A stretch of DNA of 63,566 nucleotides, counting the filler, from Octopus bimaculoides (taxonomy: Eukaryota): the NCBI RefSeq assembly GCF_001194135.2. It is 10 parts of 7 records of this genome, joined end to end, with 100 filler letters (N's around TTAATTAATTAA, not from the genome) between each part and the next. Parts side by side here need not be neighbours in the genome. Positions count along the whole stretch, not along the records: positions 10,792 to 39,552 come from NC_068986.1; 9 more parts are not named here. One strand, 5' to 3'. The notes beneath the pieces are model-generated. The model made no database searches, was not told where the DNA came from, and saw only the letters and a program-made list of their open reading frames with translations. Made by a program: the position numbers and the translations under genes. Below, piece after piece: positions 11,018 to 23,302 of the stretch; the first letter of the stretch is position 1; each line of letters starts with the position of its first letter.

Positions 11018-11375
11018 CATCATCATCATCATCATTTAGCGTCCATTGTCCACGCTGGCATCGGTTGGACAGTTTGACAAGGGCTGACAAGTTGGAAGCC
11101 TGCACCACACCCTAGTCTGATTTGTGATGGTTTCTACGGCTGGATGCCTTTCCTAACGCAAACCTCTCCGAGAGTGTAATGGGTGCTTTTACGTGTCACC
11201 GGTATCTGCCACGACTGCGATTTTACTTGGCTTGCTGTGTCTTCTTTTCACGCAAGACATAATGCCCCAAAGGTCTCGGTCATTGCCTCTGTGAGGCCAA
11301 ACACTTGAAAAGTGCTTTTTACGGGCTACTGGTACGAGTGCCAGTTACGTAGCACTAGAATCAGCCACGACTACG
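11018..11375 (-). mobile_element. RTE-clade LINE 3' end/3' UTR with (ATG)n tail
   Basis: Conserved ggtttctacggctggatgcc..cctaacgc block; the minus strand includes an LGLTEAMT ORF-end remnant; the same family shows RGRPRKT at ~50840. Confidence 0.7.
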
Positions 11376-11414
<39 letters not shown>

Positions 11415-11500
11415 CATACATATGTACATACTTACATAAATACATACATACATATATACACACACATAAAGTATATAAATTCCGAGAGAGAACATAGATG

Positions 11501-11576
<76 letters not shown>

Positions 11577-12053
11577 TGCTTCACTAAATCTGACCGCTGA
11601 GTCTAAATGAAGCCAAGGAAAAAGTAACTGAAATGTATTAATTATACAACATCTACAATCTATTCCTGTTTTCATTTAGTCAATCATTATATAACCAGGA
11701 ACAAATGTCATCTATTTTAAACCTCGTTCCAGTTTACAGACCATGCATTGCTTGAGAGAATATGTAAATTGACGCGGCAACATAATGTACCAGTGCACAA
11801 CCCTATTATCTGCCGATTCAGAGAACAGATTTGCGCATGTGTGCAGCAAGTTGCTTTTCGGAAGTAATGAAAATAATACCCATAAATAATACGCAGCTCG
11901 ACTTGACTTCTGGTTTGTGAAGTTATACTGAAGAAAATAAAAGATATTCTTGTCTCATTCTCCACACACTCACACATGCAAACACATAAACACACTGCCG
12001 TAGTGCACATAGAAACATGCATACGCACATAAACATCGAAGGGCTCGCGCATA

Positions 12054-12100
<47 letters not shown>

Positions 12101-12682
12101 NNNNNNNNNNNNNNNNNNNNNNNNNNNNNNNNNNNNNNNNNNNNNNNNNNNNNNNNNNNNNNNNNNNNNNNNNNNNNNNNNNNNNNNNNNNNNNNNNNNN
12201 NNNNNNNNNNNNNNNNNNNNNNNNNNNNNNNNNNNNNNNNNNNNNNNNNNNNNNNNNNNNNNNNNNNNNNNNNNNNNNNNNNNNNNNNNNNNNNNNNNNN
12301 NNNNNNNNNNNNNNNNNNNNNNNNNNNNNNNNNNNNNNNNNNNNNNNNNNNNNNNNNNNNNNNNNNNNNNNNNNNNNNNNNNNNNNNNNNNNNNNNNNNN
12401 NNNNNNNNNNNNNNNNNNNNNNNNNNNNNNNNNNNNNNNNNNNNNNNNNNNNNNNNNNNNNNNNNNNNNNNNNNNNNNNNNNNNNNNNNNNNNNNNNNNN
12501 NNNNNNNNNNNNNNNNNNNNNNNNNNNNNNNNNNNNNNNNNNNNNNNNNNNNNNNNNNNNNNNNNNNNNNNNNNNNNNNNNNNNNNNNNNNNNNNNNNNN
12601 NNNNNNNNNNNNNNNNNNNNNNNNNNNNNNNNNNNNNNNNNNNNNNNNNNNNNNNNNNNNNNNNNNNNNNNNNNNNNNNNNN

Positions 12683-13040
12683 ATAAAGTCCTTTTCTTTG
12701 CATTTTCTTTCAATTTCATTCCGGTTATAAAGTTTATGGAATGGAAATATAATAAAAGTTTGATGACCACATGTTGCTAGATGGTTACTCAGTGGTATTT
12801 GGCGGACTTCTGGGTTTTTAATCTGTTGTCGATGTACCCGTGAGCGTTCCGATAGTGCATTACCTGTCTGGCCAACGTACAATTCTTCACAATTAGGGCA
12901 TTTGATGCAGTAGATTAGATTTCTACTTTTGCAGTTCATGTTCGCATTGGTGAATATTTTCCCTGTTTTTGTGTTCATATATGGGCCGGTATGGATTGAT
13001 CGGCATGTGCCGCATCGGCTATCATTGCATTTGGATACAG
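12683..13040 (-). mobile_element. Penelope-like GIY-YIG endonuclease fragment (same family as 5520-6020)
   Basis: RCGTCRSIHTGPYMNTKTGKIFTNANMNCKSRNLIYCIKCPNCEELYVGQTGNALSERSRVHRQQI. Confidence 0.87.
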
Positions 13041-13109
13041 TGAATGTTTGATTTTTGTTATATATATATATGTATATACATATGTATATATGTATTGTCT
13101 CTTGTATTT

Positions 13110-13370
13110 ATTAATTATTATAAATCTTCCACTAAGGAGGGAGCCGGTTTCCAGCAAAGATACAAGGCTCCATCTTTTAAATATATTTAACACAAGCAAA
13201 TTCACATTTGGAACTTGAGAAAAATGTGCATATTTTTACTGTTCCACTCACAGACTGCACTTGTAATTTACGAATTAGCCGGTCGATTTCTCTTTCTGAA
13301 AATTCCACTTTATCCAGACTCCCTTTTAAGCGTTTACTAACAAAACCTACTGTTGAAATCATCATTCGTA
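13110..13370 (-). mobile_element. R4/Dong-type (RLE) LINE C-terminus + 3' UTR
   Basis: STVGFVSKRLKGSLDKVEFSEREIDRLIRKLQVQSVSGTVKICTFF parallels the copy at 24545-25030. Confidence 0.7.
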
Positions 13371-13606
13371 TATGAATTCATCGTCTGGATATAGAAGTTG
13401 GCTGTTTCGAAGTAGTTGTCCATAGACATCCTCTTTTTCTTTGATTTTCAAAGAGATATTTATATCTGTAGGGCAGTTGACCTCTATGATAGTACATACC
13501 TTTGCCCTCCTGTCCCAGTATCGGGCCTCTTATGTTTACATTTGACAGAGGTTTTGATGGGAATATTCTACCAGTATTGCTTGAGTTTATGTTTATGATT
13601 ATGTAA

Positions 13607-13652
<46 letters not shown>

Positions 13653-13653
13653 T

Positions 13654-13709
<56 letters not shown>

Positions 13710-13727
13710 TATGTATATATATATATA

Positions 13728-13796
<69 letters not shown>

Positions 13797-14114
13797 TTAT
13801 GTATGTATGTATACAATTTATTAAACATTTGAATATAGATACTCTTAATAACTGCGTGCTTATAAACAGCTCAATCTATTTATGATATTGAAGATATGAT
13901 GAAGAGTATGTATGAAAGTATTATGTGCATGTGTGTGCGTACGTGCGTGCGTGTGTGTGTGTTTTTGTTTATGGGTGTGTGTGCGCGCGCGTATACATAC
14001 ATACACACATACATATACATGCGCATGTATACATAGGTATGTATATAAAGAAAAGCACAAACTCAGACTCATATACACACACGCACATACATATATAATC
14101 TTTCATTATTCTAT

Positions 14115-14310
14115 TCTTTTCTCTTACTTGTTTCAATCATTTGATTGCGACCATGCCGGGGCCCCGCCTTCGGTCGCAGAAATCGACCCTGAACTTATTC
14201 TTTGTAAGTCAAGTACTTATTCTGTCGGTTTCTTTGTGCCGAACCGCTATGTTCCGGGTACATAAACACCAACATCGGCTGTCAAGTGATGGTGGGGGAG
14301 GACAAACACG
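14115..14310 (-). mobile_element. SINE family A, 3' portion
   Basis: cttgtttcaatcatttga...aatcgacc...taaacaccaacatcggctgtcaag. Confidence 0.75.
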
Positions 14311-14432
14311 AATACAAATAAATACGTACATACATATCATATATATATATGAGGTCCTGTACGCATATATGAATGTATATATATATATATTATTTAATAC
14401 ACACACACACACACGACGAGCTTCTTATGTTA

Positions 14433-14483
<51 letters not shown>

Positions 14484-15234
14484 TGTATGTATGTATGTAT
14501 GTATGTATGTATGTATGTATATACTGCTATATATATACTTGCATGCACTCATATATCGACCCACTAACATACAGAAGTTTGAAAAATCGAAGACGGTGAC
14601 TGAAAAAGCAATTTGGTTATATCAATATCAAAAGAAGACTAAACAATTCGGAAACTGATACAATGTTATTATAGATAAAGTGTGATAATTTGTTGAGATA
14701 TCGAAACATATCACATAACTTCTCAAAATTGATTGAATGTACGTAAACAAGTATGACTGTCTGTTTCTATGTGTGTGTGTGTATGTATTTATATGCATAT
14801 ACGTATGAATGTATGAATATACAATGTATACACGATGTATACATCCATGCACTTACACTCACTGACACACACACACACATAGACACATACACACACACAC
14901 ACATAGACACACACACATAGACACACATACATAGACACACACACAAAGACACACACACATAGACACACACACATAGACACACACATACACACATATATAT
15001 ATATTATATGAGTTCGGTTCTGGAATCGGGCGTTGCGTTCATTTAGACATCTGGCGTGTGACACACCATGCAATTGTTCAGACAATGTTGATTTGATGGA
15101 GGAAGTGATCTAATGAACAAAACATACGTTTAATCTCTGTAAGCAAATCATCTGTGCAGATCGTTCAATCAAACGTCATCTTCGACGGGAGATTCTATTA
15201 TATATATATATACAATTGCAGCGTGGAAGGTGTT

Positions 15235-15478
15235 TATAAGCCATTTAAAATAACACACAAAGACCGTTAGATTCACTTCAACATTTAAATTTAATTTGTC
15301 AAAATATTTTCGTCACTTCGAGACCGTGACCTGTTCACTGACAAAATTCTGTGCTGCATCTCAGAATTTTGTCGGTGAACAGGTCGCAGTCTCAAAGCGA
15401 CGAAAATATTTTGACAAATTAAATTTAAATGTTGAAGCGAATCTAACGGTCTTTGTGTGTTATTTTAAATAGCTTATA
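15235..15478. repeat. Long palindrome/fold-back element: 117-bp arms, 10-nt spacer
   Basis: 15235-15351 vs reverse complement of 15362-15478: 110/117 identical by manual alignment; right end cut by a gap. Confidence 0.95.
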
Positions 15479-15628
15479 NNNNNNNNNNNNNNNNNNNNNN
15501 NNNNNNNNNNNNNNNNNNNNNNNNNNNNNNNNNNNNNNNNNNNNNNNNNNNNNNNNNNNNNNNNTATATATATATATATACATATGTATTTACATATATA
15601 TACATACATACATACACACATATATATA

Positions 15629-15665
<37 letters not shown>

Positions 15666-16356
15666 ACATATATATACATATATATAGCGACTCTATCTTT
15701 GTATCGTTCTCCCACTCTTGTTCTTCCTTCTGTTGCTCTTCGCCTCCCCTTTCTCTACTATATCTCTCTTTTCCTCCCTGTCGCTCGTTGCTCACCTATA
15801 TTCTACTTCCACCCCCATTGTTTCTCTCTCTCTACCACTCTTTCTCCTTAGTCCTCGCTCGTCACATGTGTCCGGCTACTACGTCCTTTCTTATCTTGGC
15901 TACTGCCAAACTCGCACGAACTTTCTTCTCTCTTCCTTTAAGTTCGTCACATCACAGCGTTCCGGATACATATATAATTTTTTCACGTCTGGCCTTTTAG
16001 CCCTTCCTGATTATTTTCACTGTTTCGTTTTCTTGTCGTGTTTTCTTTTTGCCACGTTATTCCTCCGCGTTACAAATTTAATTTGTTTCTGCGGGAAGAG
16101 CCATTCTAACAATGCGTCCTGCCCTACCTCTTCGAAACGCTTAGTTTTAGAATGGTGGCAGCTGATAAAGGAAATGTTCTCTATGTAGCCTGTGTGTTTT
16201 GTGTGTTCTGTTTATGTTCTGTTTCTCATTTTGCCCACGTTTTCTTGTGACGTCCTATACACAGATATGCATCTATATATACATGTAGATTATGGTTAGA
16301 TGTAGGTATGTACATACATGTACGTATATATGCATATACTCATATATTATTTGTAT

Positions 16357-16417
<61 letters not shown>

Positions 16418-17310
16418 ATATATATATATACATATATTATTGTGTCTGGAGAGAGTCATTCTGTTTTAATGCCTTATTAATTAACATACACATTTGTTCG
16501 ATTTCTAATCATTTACTTATTTATTTTTTCTAAAATTTTCGTTGTTTCTTGCAACCTCTTCGATAGTCGGAGACTCTGTCCGTTATAAATATATGATGAA
16601 GTGTATGCGCATGCGCGCGCGTATGTGTGTGTGTGTGTGCTTTTGAGTTTGTGTGCATACGCGTACACATATATACACACATACACATCTACTCATGTAT
16701 ACATAGGTATGTACATAGACAAAAACAAGCACTTGCACGCACACGCACACACACATACACACAAATACACACAAATACATACATATTCTTTTATTCTTTT
16801 TTCTTACTAGTTTCAGACATTTGACTGCAACCATGCTGGATAATGGACAGAGTCAACGACAGCAGCAGAGGCTGCAAGAAGTAACGGACATTTTACAAAA
16901 AAATAGATAAGTAAATTAGTTGAAATCGAACAGGCGAGTGTGTTAATTCATAAGTACTTAAAATAGAATGACTCTCTCTTGACACAATAAAATATGCTTC
17001 AACACACGAAATCACATAAAGAATCTAGCAAACCAAATACAAGAACGATGTATGTATGTGTATATATATANNNNNNNNNNNNNNNNNNNNNNNNNNNNNN
17101 NNNNNNNNNNNNNNNNNNNNNNNNNNNNNNNNNNNNNNNNNNNNNNNNNNNNNNNNNNNNNNNNNNNNNNNNNNNNNNNNNNNNNNNNNNNNNNNNNNNN
17201 NNNNNNNNNNNNNNNNNNNNNNNNNNNNNNNNNNNNNNNNNNNNNNNNNNNNNNNNNNNNNNNNNNNNNNNNNNNNNNNNNNNNNNNNNNNNNNNNNNNN
17301 NNNNNNNNNN

Positions 17311-18543
17311 NAATTAGCATTTGTCAAAATCAAATGTGGAAAACAGCATCCATCATGTGATATCCGTTTTCATTGATGCATTTCTGAAGGCATCCTTCGA
17401 AGTTGTTCTCTACTCTCTCCAGCATTGCCCTGTCGATTTGGGTGACTCCTACGCGAATAGCTTCCTTCAAATCGTCCAATGTTTGACGCTTATGCGTATA
17501 CACACATGCCTTTCGGTTTCTCCAAAAGAAATAATCACACATGGACAAATCAGGGGGCTGAGGGGGCCGAGGTGGCTGAGAGGGCCAAGGAATGTCAAAA
17601 AACCTGGAAATGAGGCGATCACCGAAGAGAGAGCGAAGAACGTCCAATGATGCTCTGGCGGTGTGGGCCGTTGCCCCATCCTGCTGAAACTGCACACGTC
17701 GAATAGGCATACGTTCTTATCGTAATTCAGGTACAAAGAAGTTATTTATCACCTCGATGTAACGCTCGGAGTATACAGTAACATCATTTCCATTATTGTC
17801 TTAAAAAAAGTAAGGACCAATGGTGGTAGCTTTTTCAACAGCACACTAGGCCATCACTTTTAGGCTGTGCTGTGGTCTTTTGTGCAGTTCTCTCGGATTT
17901 TCAAGAGCCCGATAACGAAAGTTCTGTTGATTCACCATGCCACTGAGATGAAAATGAGCTTCATCACTCATTAACAAAATGCGGTTGTCATTTGCCGCAT
18001 AAATTGCTTCCATCTGACGTGCGAAGTTAAGCCGCTATGCATAGTCCCATGATTTCAACTGTTGCTCAATTACCAATTTGTGCAGGTGGAAATGCAGGTC
18101 TTCATGAAAAATACGCCTTATCGATCGAGTACCGATGCCAAATGCAGTGTAATATCTCCGAGCAAAGCGATTCGGACTCCGTATCAAAGCTTGTCTGACC
18201 CTTTCCACATTTTCCGAGGTCGGTACTGTTCGTGGCGCACCCACCAGTTTCTTATTCATTAGTGTACCTCGTGTACGAAGTGCATTCACTCACTCAACGT
18301 AAGATTGTGTTACGGGTAGGAACGCTGAAACTCACGCTAAACAGCTGTGACAGACTCGTTATTCTTCACGTAACAGTCGTAGGCAAACACGCAATGCATT
18401 ATCGTCCACAGCGCCATTGCTTCGCCTGAAAAGCAGAGACACCACGGACCGAATGGTACTTAACGGACATATGTACCTCCCCCACCACCCGGGGCTGGAT
18501 AATAGTCACTTGAAAAACGACCGTCCTCTCTGCCCCCACTCTG
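17311..18543 (-). mobile_element. Tc1/mariner transposon, DD41D (rosa/Visitor)-like, decayed transposase (start ~18417, stop 17330)
   Basis: MALWT...; GAPRTVPTSENVERVRQALIRSP; FQQDGATAHTAR...WP...PDLSMCDYFFW. The D-D spacing is 47 residues, or 41 after removing an 18-bp duplication. 5' end CAGAGTG follows TA. Confidence 0.85.
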
Positions 18544-18715
18544 TATACTCACTCACACACACACACGCACGTACGTATATATATGTATTCTAACATGCTT
18601 AATATCCTGCGCAATCACCGTACTCTGAATGCAAGTTTCCTGTAGCAGAAACAGCTGTAAGCCAATGAGACAGATTACGATACTCCTGTTGTTTTGCCAT
18701 TCATTAAATGATGTA

Positions 18716-18755
<40 letters not shown>

Positions 18756-18827
18756 TGTGTNNNNNNNNNNNNNNNNNNNNNNNNNNNNNNNNNNNNNNNN
18801 NNNNNNNNNNNNNNNNNNNNNNNNGTG

Positions 18828-18865
<38 letters not shown>

Positions 18866-19710
18866 TGTGATTGTGTCGTGCGTGTTGTATGAGTGCCGTT
18901 GTTTCTCTTTGCGTGTGTGTATCTACTCATATATTCTTAGATTCCAAAATCTCAAGGAGTAAAGGAGTAAATGCCTTCATTGCATAAGCAATAATGTGCG
19001 ATTTGAGGTTCATGCAGATACCTCCCTGATACCTTAAAGCAGGACTATTTTGGCTCTGTATAAAAGTTCACAGGAATTGTTACTCTGAACCCCAGCTGAA
19101 GTATCAAGTAGACTGAAACACTGGGATATTAATGAAGATTTTCTGTAAATTATGATAGAAATATTCTATTTCATAGAGATATATTTCAGATTCATTATTT
19201 CTGTGGTTTCCATTTTTTTTCATACAGACGCTATCCATTGCCTAAATTAATGTTTATTAGTTGTGGAGGACTCTCATTAAAAAATGCCTCGATTAGACAG
19301 ACATCTTATGATTCCGTTTGATTCATGCAAATTTAGTTATATCTCACATGCATACACAAACACCAATATATTAAGCGAAATATTTACTTCCTTTCGTATA
19401 ACAACTATCAGTTCTATAAAGTAATTGCTTCGTTTCGCTGATGATGATTACTATATCAAACATTCATGAAGTCAACACCTGATATATATTGAGTAGTAAA
19501 AAGAGTGAATACGTTTAATTCAACAGCGGCTGAAGATGTGAATGATCACCTAAATGTCTAGAAGTTACCAAAGACAGGCACACATACAAGAGCACATGCA
19601 CACACACATGCACACACACATGCACACACACATGCACACATACACACACATACACACATACATGTATATACATATATTTACATACACATATATGTATGTA
19701 TACATATGTT

Positions 19711-19744
<34 letters not shown>

Positions 19745-19845
19745 ACTCAAACACTTACACGTGTGTGAGTATATATATATATATATATATACTCACACAC
19801 GTGTAAGTGTTTGAGTTTACTTATTCATACATACANNNNNNNNNN

Positions 19846-19914
<69 letters not shown>

Positions 19915-20779
19915 ATACATATATGTATGCATATGTATGTATATACATATATATATATATACATGTAATTATATATATAAACACGCACACACACAAACAG
20001 GCATGTTATATATGTGTGTATGTGTCTATCAATGCATACACTATGTATGTGTATAAAAATCAAATGTGCTTATATATACATGTACGTTTATGTATGGGTA
20101 CTGTGAGCGCGTGAACTTCCTCGTTGAGCGTGTCTATGTTCGCACAAAACTGTATGTGCATTCACTATCAAAGCGCACATTTGTTCACTTTGATTCAATA
20201 TTTTTATTATAAATATATTCATATCGCTTTTTCTTTTTGATATGTTTCTTCATATCACAACTCTCTTTGATATAACATTTAAAATTCTATTCAATCAATT
20301 GTTAATCATTTTTTCTTTTCTTTTTCTTTTCTTCTTTTTTTGTTGTTGATAGGCTCCATTATCGATATCATCTTCTAAAATTTACGCTTTTGTCGCATAT
20401 ATTTTATCATTATTCTTCACTAATTTGAGTAGTGATTATTAACACTTTCCATACCATTTTTTCAATACATTTGCCATAATTCTACATCGAAAATACATTA
20501 CTAATTTCATACAATGCAGGAATGCTTTTTTATGTTTATATGCATTTATAGTCTTAATATTTTGTACCTCGGAGCTAAAGTGTTGTAGAATTTTAAATTT
20601 AGAATCATCAAAAGATAATATGAAACGTTAGTACATCATTTTTAATATTTTTCTTTTTCATATACCCGATATTTTATATATAGATATTAGTCATATGTTG
20701 CATGTTCTTCTCTTTCTCTTTTTAACTTAGAGCAAATTTTGACAGGCCTCCTTACTTGATAGCAAGGTCGTGAAGGGAA

Positions 20780-22010
20780 GCGTTTTGTTTTAACCATCAT
20801 TCATTAAATCTTAAGAAGGTCTTGCACATCTTTTTAGTCCCTGGTATCATGATCATTTGTAGAGTATGAATTAAACATTTTCGTTCTCTCCCCAAGAACT
20901 TTAGTTCAGTTATAATTTGTTCCAGATGGATTGATATTGCTCCAATAATAATAGGTATGAAGCTGAAGGTGTATTTTTAGTACTGGATTTGAAAACTCAT
21001 AATCAATGGTCCAGAGATGTCGTCTTTCTCTTTCATCCGCCTAACCACACTGTTGCCCAGGGGGCAACTGATTTCCACAGAAGAACGTATCCTTTTCTTG
21101 TGGTCCCATAAAACAATATTTGTCCAGTTGGCCGATTGTGCTTTAAGTTTGTAGCTGTTTTCATTTTTAAGTTCCACCAATATTCTTTTCAGCCATCGGT
21201 CTCAATATAGACAACTTCGTTTTTTAATGTTTTCTTTTTGTTTTTCTCCAGGCAGCTCTGGATACCACATCATGATCCATGGGAAAATAACATCTGGAAG
21301 ACATTCTTTCGTAGTTAGCAATAATGTGGTTGTTATCATCAGTCTAGGTCATGCACTGTCTACTTTTGTTATCTGTCAACCTTTTCTGCCTTTTATGCTG
21401 TAGGTACTTGGTTGGGGTCTCTTGTTCTTGGATGGTATGCAGGTAGCCCTTGAAGAGAGATGTCATACACTTGTCAACATTCCATGCTAACCTTTTGTCA
21501 TGATCAATCCCATCTATGGTTTATGCTTTCGTGCCAAGTACCCATGTACTATCTTCTCAATGAACTGATTCATTTTTTTTTTGTTCTGATGAATGGATTT
21601 TATCAATGCACCGTGGGAAGATATCTATATCAGCTCTTATTTCATACCTCTCTTCAAGATCATTAACTATCCTCATTACATTACTGATTACATGGTTACA
21701 AACTTGGGCAAGATAGGTGCTGGTTTCTCTCCTCTACTACAAGTATTTGAGTGTCACAATACATGCTTCATATGACATTAATACAGATTTGAGACCACGA
21801 CCACTATACTTGAGTGGGAGATATAGCCTGTTTGCACCTCCATTGATGTTGTTAGTTTCCTCTAATACAGAGCATCATGTGAGCTCGATCATCTGTTTCA
21901 TCGACTTCTTGTCGTGACCAGTTCAGAAGACCAAACATAGGGACGAGGAGAGGCATTACAAAGGTATTGTGAGCGATGTATTTTTGTTGAAAGATGCGAA
22001 TTCTGATGAC
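20780..22010 (-). mobile_element. R4/Dong-type RLE LINE fragment (CCHC + endonuclease region), decayed
   Basis: GYLHTIQEQETPTKYLQHKR; NIVLWDHKKRIRSSVEISCPL.N.V.RRMKEKDDISGPL; LCKTFLRF end. Confidence 0.7.
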
Positions 22011-22263
22011 CGTGTATAGTTAACTGTATAAGCATTTATGTTTATATATATAAATACAGGGACAAAATACACACAGCCACATACATACATACATACATAT
22101 GTGAGGAAGTGTATATCTTCAGTATCATGATTGCTTGCAGTTTCAAAACGTACTCATGCACACATAGGTTTAAATGTCTGTATGCATGTATATGTATAAG
22201 TTTGTGCATATACATATATANNNNNNNNNNNNNNNNNNNNNNNNNNNNNNNNNNNNNNNNNNN

Positions 22264-22634
22264 TTACCTATGTAAGTAGCAGGAATTTCGAATTATATAT
22301 ATATATATAAGGGCATTACTATACAATAATGCCTCACACTATGAGGGGCTCTAAGGTCAGACTACCATAAAAAACACATTTTTACCGAACGCGAGGAAAT
22401 GCAACTCTCAAAGCCAACCCCTTAAAAACAGACTAAATTATAGATCATGATTTCGTAGTTATTGTAGTATTATACAACCTATACTCGTCAGTATAATATG
22501 GTCAAGATAAATATAGGTAAACAGAAAATCTACATACCAAACGAACACCGCGTATCCAATATAGTACATAGAAGACTGTTCATCGCTATTTACCTATGTA
22601 AGTAGCAGGAATTTCGAATTATATATATATATAT
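22264..22634 (-). mobile_element. Candidate retrozyme or non-autonomous PLE unit: 326-bp period with 43-bp terminal direct repeat
   Basis: ttacctatgtaagtagcaggaatttcgaattatatatatatat at both 22264 and 22590; contains an intact hammerhead; no ORF. Confidence 0.6.
22437..22497 (-). ncRNA. Minimal type I hammerhead ribozyme with intact catalytic core
   Basis: ATTATA-CTGACGA-GTA...TAC-GAAA-T-CATG-A-TC-TATAAT: 6-bp stem I, canonical core, G10.1-C11.1 pair, 2-bp stem III with palindromic ATCATGAT, AUC cleavage triplet (predicted cut between 22443 and 22442). Confidence 0.85.
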
Positions 22635-23004
22635 TATCTATACTATATATAAAACAGAGATGTGTGTATAATCGCTTTTCACGTGAAATCGACTTCACCA
22701 AATGCTTCCATACTTATGATGCGTGAATAATTTGACCTCGGATAAATCTTAGGCTCTTCAATTGATCTTTTTAATTAAAAATAAATAATATTGCTTTATA
22801 TTTAAGATTCACTTCTTTAAAAAGGTTCCTCAATGTCAACTTCCGGTATTGACGTAACAACGGCAAAAAAGCTTCACTTTCTACTTTGTGTGTGAGTGTG
22901 TGTGTGAGTGTGTATGAGAGACAGAGAGAGAGAGAGAGAGTAAATACTACATACACACCGCTTTCTCACTCTGTCTCACACACATACACACGCACACACA
23001 CACC

Positions 23005-23302
23005 CCTTGAGTCACTCACACTCTGTTTCTTACAAACACATACATACATAAATGTATACAAACATATTTACAAAGACACACGTGTGTATGCGCGCGCGTG
23101 CGTGTTTGTAAGAGACAGAGTGTGAGTGAGTCAAGGGCTGTGTTGTCATATGCATGCATCCAAAGATGTATGTATATTTATGCATGTACGTATACATGAC
23201 AACAAACCTCTCTCTCTCACTCACACTCTGTCTCTTACAAACACACACATACATAAATGTATACAAACATATTTACAAAGACACACGTGTGTATGCGCGC
23301 GC
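23005..23302. repeat. Composite inverted + direct repeat
   Basis: 33-bp inverted repeat 23005-23037/23104-23136 (2 mismatches); ~85-bp direct repeat 23013 vs 23218; short inverted repeat gttgtcat/atgacaac at 23142-23203. Confidence 0.85.

Noticed and set aside
15020-15190. Possible mariner HTH fragment
   Set aside because: Similarity is too weak to support by eye.
21300-21346. CTGATGA...CGAAA on the minus strand as a hammerhead
   Set aside because: No stem II or stem I pairing; lies inside R4 coding sequence (TDDNNHIIANYERM).
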